From the NCBI GenBank assembly GCA_040954595.2, contig CM082595.2, forward strand, positions 9,067,510 to 9,131,509: a DNA stretch of 64,000 nucleotides. Direction: 5' to 3'. This DNA is from Balanoglossus misakiensis (lineage: Eukaryota > Animalia > Hemichordata). The notes beneath the pieces are model-generated. The model saw only the letters and a list, made by a program, of their open reading frames with translations. It did no database searches and was not told the origin of the DNA. Shown here piece by piece: positions 27,601-38,545 of the stretch. Numbering within the stretch: position 1 is the stretch's first letter; each line of letters starts with the position of its first letter. The position numbers and the translations under genes are program-made.

Positions 27601-30035
27601 AAGGTTGACCCCACCAAACACTCAAAATTAATGGGCACGATACTGGCCACTCTGGCCTAGTTAATGTTGACGCAAAGGTTGACCCCACCAAACACTCAAA
27701 ATTAATGGGCAGAACACTGTCCACTACGGCCTGGTTACTGTGTGCTCTGGTTAATGTTGACGCAAAGGTTGACCCCACCAAACACTCAAAATTAATGGGC
27801 AGAACACTGTCCACTCGACCTGGTTACTGTGTGCTCTGGTTAATGTTGACGCAAAGGTTGACCCCACCAAACACTCAAAATTAATGGGCAGAACACTGTC
27901 CACTACGGCCTGGTTACTGTGTGCTCTGGTTAATGTTGACGCAAAGGTTGACCCCACCAAACACTCAAAATTAATGGGCAGCACACTGTCCACTATGGCC
28001 TGGTTACTGTGTGCTCTGGTTAATGTTGACGCAAAGGTTGACCCCACCAAACACTCAAAATTAATGGGCAGAACACTGTCCACTACGGCCTGGTTACTGT
28101 GTGCTCTGGTTAATGTTGACGCAAAGGTTGACCCCCATCAAACACTCAAAATTAATGGGCACGATACTGGCCACTCTGGCCTGGTTACTGTGTGCTCTGG
28201 TTAATGTTGACGCAAAGGTTGACCCCACCAAACACTCAAAATTAATGGGCAGAACACTGTCCACTACGGCCTGGTTACTGTGTGCTCTGGTTAATGTTGA
28301 CGCAAAGGTTGACCCCACCAAACACTCAAAATTAATGGGCAGAACACTGTCCACTACGGCCTGGTTACTGTGTGCTCTGGTTAATGTTGACGCAAAGGTT
28401 GACCCCACCAAACACTCAAAATTAATGGGCAGAACACTGTCCACTATGGCCTGGTTACTGTGTGCTCTGGTTAATGTTGACGCAAAGGTTGACCCCACCA
28501 AACACTCAAAATTAATGGGCAGAACACTGTCCACTACGGCCTGGTTACTGTGTGCTCTGGTTAATGTTGACGCAAAGGTTGACTCCACCAAACACTCAAA
28601 ATTAATGGGCAGCACACTGTCCACTATGGCCTGGTTACTGTGTGCTCTGGTTAATGTTGACGCAAAGGTTGACCCCACCAAACACTCAAAATTAATGGGC
28701 AGAACACTGTCCACTACAGCCTGGTTACTGTGTGCTCTGGTTAATGTTGACGCAAAGGTTGACCCCACCAAACACTCAAAATTAATGGGCAGAACACTGT
28801 CCACTACGGCCTGGTTACTGTGTGCTCTGGTTAATGTTGACGCAAAGGTTGACCCCACCAAACACTCAAAATTAATGGGCAGAACACTGTCCACTACGGC
28901 CTGGTTACTGTGTGCTCTGGTTAATGTTGACGCAAAGGTTGACCCCACCAAACACTCAAAATTAATGGGCAGAACACTGTCCACTACGGCCTGGTTACTG
29001 TGTGCTCTGGTTAATGTTGACGCAAAGGTTGACCCCACCAAACACTCAAAATTAATGGGCAGAACACTGTCCACTATGGCCTGGTTACTGTGTGCTCTGG
29101 TTAATGTTGACGCAAAGGTTGACCCCACCAAACACTCAAAATTAATGGGCAGCACACTGTCCACTATGGCCTGGTTACTGTGTGCTCTGGTTAATGTTGA
29201 CGCAAAGGTTGACCCCACCAAACACTCAAAATTAATGGGCAGAACACTGTCCACTACGGCCTGGTTACTGTGTGCTCTGGTTTATGTTGACGCAAAGGTT
29301 GACCCCCACCAAACACTCAAAATTAATGGGCACGATACTGGCCACTCTGGCCTAGTTAATGTTGACGCAAAGGTTGACCCCACCAAACACTCAAAATTAA
29401 TGGGCAAGATTCTGGCCACTCTGGCCTAGTTAATGTTGACGCAAAGGTTGACCCCACCAAACACTCAAAATTAATGGGCATGATACTGGCCACTCTGGCC
29501 TAGTTAATGTTGACGCAAAGGTTGACCCCACCAAACACTCAAAATTAATGGGCACGATACTGGCCACTCTGGCCTAGTTAATGTTGACGCAAAGGTTGAC
29601 CCCACCAAACACTCAAAATTAATGGGCAGAACACTGTCCACTACGGCCTGGTTACTGTGTGCTCTGGTTAATGTTGACGCAAAGGTTGACCCCACCAAAC
29701 ACTCAAAATTAATGGGCAGAACACTGTCCACTACGGCCTGGTTACTGTGTGCTCTGGTTAATGTTGACGCAAAGGTTGACCCCACCAAACACCCAAAATT
29801 AATGGGCAGAACACTGTCCACTACGGCCTGGTTACTGTGTGCTCTGGTTAATGTTGACGCAAAGGTTGACACCACCAAACACTCAAAATTAATGGGCAGC
29901 ACACTGTCCACTATGGCCTGGTTACTGTGTGCTCTGGTTAATGTTGACGCAAAGGTTGACCCCACCAAACACTCAAAATTAATGGGCAGAACACTGTCCA
30001 CTACGGCCTGGTTACTGTGTGCTCTGGTTAATGTT
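6620..30035. repeat. Satellite DNA array (~23.4 kb, roughly 270 monomers estimated from length) of interleaved 90-bp and 74/75-bp monomers with higher-order structure
   Basis: 90-mer: GTTAATGTTGACGCAAAGGTTGACCCCACCAAACACTCAAAATTAATGGGCAG(A/C)ACACTGTCCACTA(T/C)GGCCTGGTTACTGTGTGCTCTG. The 74-mer shares the first ~52 bp and then reads CGATACTGGCCACTCTGGCCTA. Blocks recur at offsets of 1123, 2141, 2231 and 5093 bp. Confidence 0.99.
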
Positions 30036-30268
30036 AATGGTAGGTCGTGGCTGTCTCATTTCAGGGATTTGTGGACTAAATGTCAATCTTTGTACTATTC
30101 GTACATGAAACTTTTCTTTCAAATACAACTTACAGACCAACATAGACAGTCATGCTTATATAAGTATGACTATCTATTAAAGTAACATTCATATCATGAT
30201 TGTTGTTTTACACTGTGTTTTCAAAGTAATTGTTGCAGTAAACCAATTGCCTTGCTTGGAAATATTAA

Positions 30269-30375
30269 AAGGGAAGTCCTGTCCAGCTGATTTATGCATA
30301 ATTTCTACACAATGTTTTTTTCTGAAAGAATGACCTCAAAGCTACCCAATTATGTAGCTGAACCAGACTTCCCCT
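30269..30375. mobile_element. Short Kolobok-like MITE (same family as the remnant at ~33905-34000)
   Basis: TTAA-AAGGGAAGTC...GACTTCCCCT-TTAA. The internal CTGAAAGARTGACCTCAAAGCTAC..AATTATGTAG is shared with 33940-33975. Confidence 0.75.
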
Positions 30376-30676
30376 TTAAATGCTACCAGTGAGCTTGTTT
30401 GTCTTTGTAAATACACTCAAGTATTAATCCCCTTTTTCTCAGAATTCAATGCATCTTCATGCCATGAGGTGAGAGGACACTTTTGTTAGCAGGAGGGAAA
30501 CAAATCCAAAATAAATAATAACAGTGCAAAGTTGGTCTGCTGACTTTCTCCACATTTCATTATTGAATTACGGCAAAATTATGAAATCCAATTATGAAAT
30601 TCAGCTTTTTGTCCACTTTTTGTTGCTGCAAATTCATTGCGGTATAAAGGTCAATAATATGACAAATCTTGGTTAA

Positions 30677-30861
30677 AAGTATACAGTCACCTTCAATACA
30701 CATTCCCATATATGGCTGAATGGCGTATTTGAGCATTCTAAAGAACATATGGTGGCGCCTGTTTTCCACGTGTGCCACCAAATGAAAATCTGTGATTGGC
30801 TAGATTTCAATTTTCCATGGTAACTATATATAGCTAATTTTCCATGGGTGATCATATACCT
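30677..30861. mobile_element. Kolobok-like MITE (partial second copy at ~44453-44590)
   Basis: TIRs AAGTATACAGTCACC / GGTGATCATATACCT with TTAA on both sides. A reverse-oriented homolog starts TTAAAGGTATACGGTCACC at ~44453. Confidence 0.8.
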
Positions 30862-30890
30862 TTAACTCTATAGTTTAACATGATACTTAC

Positions 30891-31076
30891 GAACACATGA
30901 TTGGTTAAAAGTGTAGACATCATACATTGAGAGACCAGTTTCTCCAGGTGGCAGATAGAATCCACCTGTGCCGTTATTTGCATATAAGAGATAGCCTTCT
31001 TCACAGGAACATTGAAAACCACCTGCAGTGTTTTTACAAAGTTGATCACAAGAATGTGAAGCACATTCATTTATAT
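30891..31076 (-). pseudogene. Exon: calcium-binding EGF domain 2 with Uif-type insert
   Basis: tag|...|gtaagt, 186 nt, phase 1-1. DINECASHSCDQLCKNTAGGFQCSCEEGYLLYANNGTGGFYLPPGETGLSMYDVYTFNQSCV. Not in the ORF track in this frame. Confidence 0.92.
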
Positions 31077-31597
31077 CTACAAAGAAGGAACATGGATTGG
31101 ATTAAAACAATGTACGTTCAGTAAAATTGAAAGTATTGTCATTTCTTTTAATCGTGAATTTTGGGATTATCTTGTGTACGTACAAGATGAATCTGTGATA
31201 AAATAAAGGCGTCACCTTGCTTGCTTTTGAAATACAAGGCCATTAATTTAGTTGATAATAGAAGAAACCTGCTGACTCAGCATGGTTCACCAATGGTTTG
31301 TCTATGGACAAAAACCTTAAAGAAATTTATCTCAAAATAGAGCATTGTAATCACACAATTTTATTTGACCAATGAATTTATATTTACTAGACTGAGCTAT
31401 GTGTAAAATTTCGTGAAAATGACAATAGTAGAAGTTTGTTTTCTAGCAATTATCAATGTAATCCTATGAGAAAAAGACACCTGAGATTAAAAGGTCATTC
31501 CAAAAATTTATCCGGAATTCTGAAATAAGTTCGGAATGTGTTAAATGTGAAAATAGTGACTTGAAGTTATGTTGCAAGTGACTTGTTTATGTCTCAC

Positions 31598-31726
31598 CTT
31601 TGCATGCTGTTCCATTCACATCTGGTTCAAATCCCACCAAACATGCACACTGATAGTCACCATCTCTATTTTCACAGACTTGATTGATTCCACACCGTGC
31701 CACCAATGTACTACATTCATTGATAT
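31598..31726 (-). pseudogene. Exon: calcium-binding EGF domain 1
   Basis: cag|...|gtgaga, 129 nt, phase 1-1. DINECSTLVARCGINQVCENRDGDYQCACLVGFEPDVNGTACK. Confidence 0.93.
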
Positions 31727-32203
31727 CTGAAATGTTATTCATCAAGATATGATCAAAATCCTACAGGTCCGCTGGTAAATTCAGACCAACAAGTTTAGCT
31801 GGGAACCACCAGACCAACAGGAAATTTTCACAAACAAATTTTCGCGAACTATGCAAGAGCCAAAAAAAAAAGAAATTTTTGCGTAAAAAACTATTTTCAG
31901 TGATAACAATGTAGTGAAATACGAGAACATGAAAATTAATCGTCTCATAACAGTTTCTGCTTTTGATATCGCAAAAAATTTCTTTGTCGCGAAAATTTCC
32001 TGTTTTACAGTAATCAATGAAAAATAAAATTACGAAAATCATGAAATTTCTGACAGCCATAGATTTGCATGGCATGAACTGTATGTCCTATCAGCATGTA
32101 GTTTAGGTGACATTTATGATAAATAGTCAAATTACTGGAGTGATCGATTACGGTACCTCATAAGCAGACAACCACATGAAGACCAATCTTGATGTGAACT
32201 TAC

Positions 32204-32386
32204 CAATGCATGATGGTATTGCACTATTCCACTGTAAATCGGATTGACAAGTCAGGTAATCAGCACCATTTAATTCATAGCCAGCATTACAATAGAATGT
32301 GATGTTACTGCCCATATAATATGGTCCACTATCAGGGACAGCTTGTAGATGTGGGTCTGTTATGAGTATATCACTGCAGTTCAATC
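32204..32386 (-). pseudogene. Exon: CCP/Sushi domain 4
   Basis: cag|...|gtaagt, 183 nt. LNCSDIL...GSNITFYCNAGYELNGADYLTCQSDLQWNSAIPSCI. Confidence 0.93.
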
Positions 32387-32696
32387 CTGCAAGTAAAAAA
32401 AATAAAACACTATGTGGATGCAGACTTGATTGTGGTATATATATTGGGTATCTGTATTCTGTCACAACTTTAACATTTTCACCCCAAGTTCCCACTATAA
32501 AAGTCCAGATACCATTGACTCCTTTTTTTCAATTATCGACTAAATTCATGACTCTGTATTTCAAAAACAAGCGTGGTGACCCCTATATTTTATCACAAAT
32601 TTTCATTATACATACATAGGATAATCCAAAAATTAACAATTAAAAGAAATGACCATATTTTCAATTTTACTGAATGTACATCCTTAAATGACTTAC

Positions 32697-32879
32697 GTTG
32701 ACAGTATCCTGGATCTCCAATCCATGATCCATCTTCACCACATGTAGAGACAGTGTAGCCAGTCAGACTGTAGCCAGATGGACATGAGTAGGCAACGGTT
32801 GTTCCAAAAATCAATGAATCACCATTAACAATTTCATATGATAAGTAGTTGTCTACATTCGGTGGTGGACACTCGCGAG
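32697..32879 (-). pseudogene. Exon: CCP/Sushi domain 3
   Basis: cag|...|gtaagt, 183 nt. RECPPP...FGTTVAYSCPSGYSLTGYTVSTCGEDGSWIGDPGYCQ. Confidence 0.93.
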
Positions 32880-33177
32880 CTGTTTGGATAAGATGAACAG
32901 ATAACATTACAAGTGTGTTAATACTAGGAAAATGGTTTAAAGGGACATGCAGTAACCCTCACAATCCTGCATATTTTCAAGTTACCAGTGTCTGGTTTAA
33001 CATTCAGTGTGTAATGTCCCAATTAGACACCCATGTGGAATGTAGCAACCAGCACAAAGTGCCCCATCATAACGCTATGGAGAGAATTTCAACTTGAGTC
33101 AGTGATTTTTATGAAAACATGACAGTGAACACCCTGTGTTATACTTTGTTTTCAAAACGACTCATCACACACTTTAA

Positions 33178-33477
33178 AGCCTCTAGAGCTGCCAAATTTC
33201 ACAATTTTTTTCTTTTCCACAGTAAAACCTTTCAAATCTATGGTGATGCATACCACGATAGCTAGCTGCATACTGTTTGTATGGAGGCTGATTTTAATAA
33301 AATGGGTACGGCACCTGTTTAATACATTGCACGTTTAAATTGCAATATACAGCCACAATCAGGCATTGATGACATGTTCTTGTATCCCTATCAGTAAGCT
33401 TAATTATTTCAATGTACCAATCTACGTCGGAAAATAAAATCTGAAAATAAATGCAAAAAGTGGCAGCTCTAGTGGCT
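33178..33477. mobile_element. Kolobok-like MITE
   Basis: 17-bp TIRs AGCCTCTAGAGCTGCCA / TGGCAGCTCTAGTGGCT (1 mismatch), TTAA on both sides. Confidence 0.85.
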
Positions 33478-33580
33478 TTAAAGCACTGAAAGGTTCAGAG
33501 GACTAACATTTTTCTGAAAATCCGTCTCCTAAGTGTGCACTACAATGGCAGTTTAATTGTTTTCAAAAATATCAACTTAC

Positions 33581-33760
33581 GCTCGCATTGGGGCACAAGT
33601 GGACCCCAGACACCATCTGCTTGGCATTCCAATGAAGACACATTATTTATAAACTGATAGCCCTCAATGCATTGATAATAAGCAATGCCACCATACACTG
33701 TACTGGTAACATTGGTAAGAATTCCATTGCTGCACTCAGGGGGTCCACCACATGTTATTC
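33581..33760 (-). pseudogene. Exon: CCP/Sushi domain 2
   Basis: tag|...|gtaagt, 180 nt. ITCGGPPECSNGILTNVTSTVYGGIAYYQCIEGYQFINNVSSLECQADGVWGPLVPQCE. Confidence 0.93.
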
Positions 33761-34004
33761 CTAAAAAATAAACAACAAATTAGTGTCATTCAAGTTGTTG
33801 CTAACAATAGATTCAAGAGACAAATTAAGTCTCTCTCATCACTGCACTTTTTTCATTAATTATCTTGGATACAAGACACCAGGCTAGGCATATTTGCATA
33901 GCTGGTACGACTTATACACGGCGAAAATGTTTTTTTTTCCTGAAAGAGTGACCTCAAAGCTACAAAATTATGTAGATATCAGCTAGACCGGACATCCCCT
34001 TTAA

Positions 34005-34105
34005 CTACTGGATAACCGTCCGAGCATTGGAATGAGACAGAGACATCATACCTTCTATCTCTGTACTGGTCACCACGCCCTCACTAATCACAATTTCGGG
34101 ACAGT
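34005..34105 (-). pseudogene. Damaged exon: N-terminal half of CCP/Sushi domain 1 (2-bp frameshift, 3' half replaced by a MITE remnant)
   Basis: cag|AC TGT CCC gives DCPEIVISEGVVTST. Removing one GA at 34058-34062 continues DRRYDVSVSFQCSDGY. The sequence then runs into the TTAA-AGGGGATGTC MITE end, and the C-terminal half is absent. Confidence 0.8.
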
Positions 34106-34180
34106 CTGTCAGAACAAGGATCACAATGATAAGAATGCATGCAGACAAATACTTAAACTCATAAATGTCAGTTGTTTTAA

Positions 34181-34404
34181 AGTGAAGGGGTCGTCGCAAT
34201 GCGTTTGTTTATAAACATTACAATTCATCCACAAATCCCTCAAATAAGATAATTCTTAGAATGAACGAAGCAGCTGACAGTATCCTAGACTGTCCATGAC
34301 AGCAACTGAAGATCCTAGTACGTCGTGGCTGTCTAATTTCAGGGATTTGTGGATGAATTGCAATGTTTATAAACAAACAAACGCAGTGCGACGACCCCAT
34401 CACT
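34181..34404. mobile_element. Kolobok-like MITE with ~60-bp TIRs
   Basis: AGTGAAGGGGTCGTCGCAATGCGTTTGTTTATAAACATT...CACAAATCCCT is mirrored at the right end. Flanks are TTAA and TTAT. A fragment of the same family abuts the satellite at ~30043-30075. Confidence 0.85.
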
Positions 34405-34625
34405 TTATTGAGTGTGATACAAGAGTGTTGCCATTCCTGTCAATGGTCCAAAATTGCATTGCAATTGTAAGAAATTACTGTCTCTGTTTTTCCAGCTCTT
34501 TGAAGTTTCGTAAAAATTCAAAAACATTTGCACCTTTCAATTAATGACTCTAAATCACAAGGAATAAAGGGAGAGTGTGTTTCTAAGAATTCTGTAACAA
34601 CTTTTTCTGAAATGTTAGTAAGTTA

Positions 34626-34832
34626 CTGTAAAACACTTTATTTTCGCGAGCAAGAGATTTTCGCGAAATACGCGAGAGCCAAAATAGCGTGAAAATAAAA
34701 AGTTGCGTAATTTTTTTGAAGATAAAGATGCAATGAATGAAATAAGAGAACGCGAAAATTAACACTGGCGAAACAGTGGCCTCTCTCGATGTCGCGAAAA
34801 ATTTCAACTCGTGAAAATAAAGTGTTTTACAG
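34626..34832. mobile_element. Tc1/mariner-type MITE (TA TSD); family also at ~31815-32011, ~35065-35260, 35306-35511, ~38765-38815 and 40803-40993
   Basis: TA|CTGTAAAACACTTTATTTT...AAAATAAAGTGTTTTACAG|TA. All copies share a TTTTCGCG/CGCGAAAA-rich interior. Confidence 0.85.
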
Positions 34833-34841
34833 TATGTGTAC

Positions 34842-35025
34842 CTGGTGAAAATGAAGCCCTGAATCCTTTAGCTGGTCGTGTTCTACTACTCCTGAACACA
34901 ACCGAAAAGTGTCCAATGTCTGTACGGCAATCGGGTGGTGGCACAGTGCCATCAATGACTCCATCAGAATTGCCACTCCATGGACCAATAATGACATCAT
35001 CATCACTCTCAGTAACATTGTATAC
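34842..35025 (-). pseudogene. Exon: CUB3 C-terminal half
   Basis: aag|...|gtacac, 184 nt, phase 0-1. VYNVTESDDDVIIGPWSGN...HFSVVFRSSRTRPAKGFRASFSP. Confidence 0.9.
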
Positions 35026-35678
35026 CTTCAGAAACAAAGACAAATTAAGCATGCATTGTAAATACCGTAAAACGGGAAATCTTCACAACAGGAAATTTTC
35101 GCGATATCAAAGGTGGCTACTGTTACGCGACAATTAATTTTCACATTGGCATATTTTACTGCATTGTTATCTCTGAAGCATTTTAAGCGACTTTTTATTT
35201 TCATATTTTTTGGCTCTCACATAGTTTACGAAAATTTATCGTTCACGAAAATTTTATAGTATTCAATCCTTGTTGCATTTCCTGCTGTAACAGCTACTCA
35301 ACATACTGTAAAATGGGAAATGTTCGCAAACAATAAATTTTCGCGATCTACGTGAGAGCCATCAAAACATGAAAATAAAAAGTTGCGTAAAAATGTTTTT
35401 CGGGGATAATGATGCAGTGAAATACAAGAACGTGAAAAGTTATTGTTGCATAACACTTGCCTCTTTTGATAACGCGAAAATTTCATGTTGCAAAAGTATC
35501 CCGTTTTACAGTATATATGTGATTAATTAAATTTCCAAATTGTGTTCCAAAGTTGTATAGTTTGAAGTAATGTCTGCCAAAATTGTCAAACTAAAATCAC
35601 TGCAAAATAATATGACAAATTTTTTAATATGACAAATATTTTTAACATGGCTGACTCATGATCATATCTGATACTCAC

Positions 35679-35863
35679 AATGATGTAATCAACATCTGTG
35701 TTCCTCTCTAATCCAAAGTTCTCATCAAAGATAAGAGTTAATGGTCTTCCAGTTGGTTCCTTGATTAACCAGCTACACATAACATCATCAGGGTAAGTGC
35801 TAACATCATACCCTGGTGACTGAATCGTGCCAAAACTACGCAGAATTTCAATTCCCTGGCAAC
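35679..35863 (-). pseudogene. Exon: CUB3 N-terminal half
   Basis: aag|...|gtgagt, 185 nt, phase 1-0. GCQGIEILRSFGTIQSPGYDVSTYPDDVMCSWLIKEPTGRPLTLIFDENFGLERNTDVDYII. Confidence 0.92.
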
Positions 35864-35871
35864 CTTTAAAG

Positions 35872-36620
35872 AAACAAGTGACCTATCGGTCAAAAGAGCT
35901 CTGCTGACTTTAACAGTGAAACCTATAGCTGGGCAATGATATGAATACCCTAGGTTTTAATCATAACAATTGTATTCTATTAAACAAAACCAAACATAGA
36001 CATCACAAGTATTTAATATCCACATTCAGCCTGATTCATTGTGCTAAAGAAAGAAAGAATTTATTCCTAAAGAACAACATCAAAAGGAAGTACCAAGGTA
36101 CTAATTTGCATATTCATGACCCGATCAAAATTCCAATAAAACAAAATCAGGTAGGGGCACCATAACACACATTCTACCAAATTTCAGCTCCATCGTACAT
36201 GTAGTTAGGGAGAAGAAGATTTTTTACCAAAAATTATATTTTTAGATCTAATTTGCATATTCATGACCCGATCATATCCAAATTTATGAAATCAGGTAGG
36301 GGCACCATAACACACATTCCTGCCAAATTTCAGCTCCATCGTACATGTAGTTAGGGAGAAGAAAATGTTTGACCAACATTCTATTTTAGATCTAATTTGC
36401 ATATTTATGACCCCATCAAATCCAAATTTACAAAATCAGGTAGGGGCACCATAACACACATTCCTACCAAATTATAGCTAAATATGCAATGTCGTTTTAA
36501 CGAAGAAGATTGAAATACCGAAAGTTGACGGACGACGGACAACGGACGCCGGACGACAGACGGACACTTATCAACCTACTGCTACAGCTTGGCTGACACA
36601 AGTGACAGCCAAGCTAAAAA
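35872..36620 (+). mobile_element. Helentron-derived HINE-type non-autonomous element (pearl/DINE-like architecture)
   Basis: AAACAAG start. Three ~145-bp internal tandem units (AATTTGCATATTYATGACCC at 36103, 36250, 36394), a (GACG)n-like microsatellite at 36527-36567, and a terminal hairpin AGCTTGGCTG...CAGCCAAGCT followed by AAAAA. Confidence 0.8.
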
Positions 36621-36997
36621 TACCAAACAAGGAATAATGAATTCAATCCACAGGTTTGGTGTAATCCTGGCTGCCTTTTATTTTGTGCTAGGGGATCAAA
36701 TCACATAATAATTGCCTTCTGGATAAAAAGTCGTACGCGACAGAAGAAATGACTGTTAACTGTATATGACTTCCTTAGGTCAAACCTTTCTGTCGTTATA
36801 CATGTAGTTATCAAATTAAACTCATTTAACTTTTTTCACATTTTGTTATTTTTTCTGTTAAAAAGTTCCATAATGACCCAGTATCAGATTAGCTTATATT
36901 ATAAACTTCCAGAAAGAATGGCAAAAGAAGATAGATCTGTGATCCTTACAATTCTTACTGGGTTGAAATTCTTTGGGAATGATTTTAAGTGATTTAA

Positions 36998-37346
36998 AGG
37001 GACAAAGTTTCTCTCACTCGCTGCCCTTTTTCCATTAACTATGTTTGATACAAGACACTGTTTATGTTATTCTACATGTGGATATATAGTGAATCAACAT
37101 TCAACCACGCACAACTTCCATCCCGTTTGTAGGATATGAGAGTAAAAATATTGCCAAAATGAATAAACGGTAGAGACAAATTATTCATTTTGGCGAGTTT
37201 TTTCACTCTTGTGTCTACAAGTGGGATGGAAGTTGTTTGTGGTCAAACGTTGTTTCAATATATATCCACATGTAGAATAACATAAACGCTGTATTGTATC
37301 ATCATAATTCCTGGAAAAAGGGTAGCGAGAGAGAGTGTTTGTCCCT
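36998..37346. mobile_element. Palindromic Kolobok-like MITE; family also at 37749-38024, 56199-56489 and ~57285-57579
   Basis: TTAA|AGGGACAAAG..CTCTCGCTGCCCTTTTCC ... GAGAG..TTTGTCCCT|TTAA with long imperfect inverted arms. Confidence 0.85.
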
Positions 37347-37431
37347 TTAAAACATTGTTCTCTTGCATCATGAATCCTTGATTGCCTCTTCATTCAAACA
37401 ACGTCTTGATCAATTTGAATGCGTTACCTAC

Positions 37432-37633
37432 CTGCCCAGTAATGTACATGAAAACCTCTCATTGTAACTGCATCATCACTCTTAATGTCAACTCTCATCA
37501 TACTTTTGGAAGATATGATGACATTGGGTAACTCCATCCCAGAAAATAAAGCAAGTCTGAGGGCAGGATTCAGTTCAGCGCCATCGTATACAGACACTTG
37601 ATCAGCCCCATCTTCTGTTGCAAAGGAGATAAA
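37432..37633 (-). pseudogene. Exon: CUB2 C-terminal half (acceptor mutated)
   Basis: 202 nt, phase 0-1. FISFATEDGADQVSVYDG...FSGMELPNVIISSKSMMRVDIKSDDAVTMRGFHVHYWA, donor gtaggt. The acceptor reads ttttccg| instead of ..ag|. Confidence 0.88.
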
Positions 37634-38393
37634 CGGAAAAGATATAAAAAATAGCATCAAAGACACTTTGCTCCTATTTGCTATGTACATTTAAATGTGA
37701 CATACCGTACAATCATAGTGATCACAATTTCCTACACAAAACCATTAAGGGGCAAAGTCTCTCTCTCTCTCGCTGCCCCTTTTCCATTAATTATCGTTTG
37801 ATTATCGTTTATGTTATTCTAGATGTGGATATATAGTGAATCAACATTCCATCCCGCTTCATTTTGGGCGAGATTTTTACTCTCATATCCTAAAAATGGG
37901 ATGGAAGGTGTGTGTGGTCGAATGTTGATTCACTATATATCCTCATGTAGAATAACATAAACGGTGTCTTGTATCAAACATAATTAATGGGAAAAGGGCA
38001 GCGAGAGAGAGAGACTTCGTCCCTATAAGGACACCTTTAGCATTGATGAGGTAATATAAGAATACATCTGATAAAGAATATTTTCACATCCCAATAAACC
38101 AAAATCCAAAACAACTGGAAGAGCCGTTTCTGACATAAGTGGACTTTTGGACCAAAAATGTCTAAAACTACCCACCCCCCTCCTCCCCAGTATTGATATT
38201 TGTCACATGTTTATGTACACCATAATAACAAATATTGTAGGTCCTTGTAAACCAAATTTTAAGAAATCGGAAAAGTGACTACTGAGAATTGACCAGAAAT
38301 GACAAAAATAAAATGTATTTTTAAAAATATAATTACTAATTTTTGTCATGCTGTAAAACAACTCACACGATTAATTGCATCTGAATCCACTAC

Positions 38394-38545
38394 CTGTAAA
38401 GTGACAACAAATTCTGTTGTGAATGATGCCAGCTGTCAGTTACAATCTTCATTGTTGAGATAATTCTTGCCTTCAAAATATTCTGTACTGCTGAGATTCT
38501 GTTTATATGACTGTGCTATGAAATTCCCACCACACAAAGAATACA
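38394..38545 (-). pseudogene. Exon: CUB2 N-terminal half with premature stop
   Basis: cag|...|gtagtg, 152 nt, phase 1-0. VYSLCGGNFIAQSYKQNLSSTEYFEGKNYLNNEDCN*QLASFTTEFVVTLQ. The TGA sits at the conserved C-x-W tryptophan. Confidence 0.88.

Noticed and set aside
6620-30035. CRISPR-like look (constant ~52 bp plus variable 22/38 bp)
   Set aside because: The variable parts are only two related sequences, not unique spacers. The context is eukaryotic and there are no cas genes.
6700-30035. TF-like motifs in each satellite monomer (TGACGCAA, GGGTCA half-site, ATTAAT)
   Set aside because: Short motifs are expected by chance in any 90-mer, and the sequence alone gives no evidence of binding.
6699-30185. 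Very long 30-aa-repeat ORFs on both strands (up to 1048 aa)
   Set aside because: A 90-bp period keeps any stop-free frame open indefinitely, and one or two of six frames being open over 30 codons is expected by chance. The 74/75-bp monomers frameshift or stop them repeatedly. There are no unique termini, splice context or recognisable domain.
38436-38438. In-frame TGA as selenocysteine or readthrough
   Set aside because: It aligns with a conserved Trp, not Cys, and the gene has several other independent lesions.
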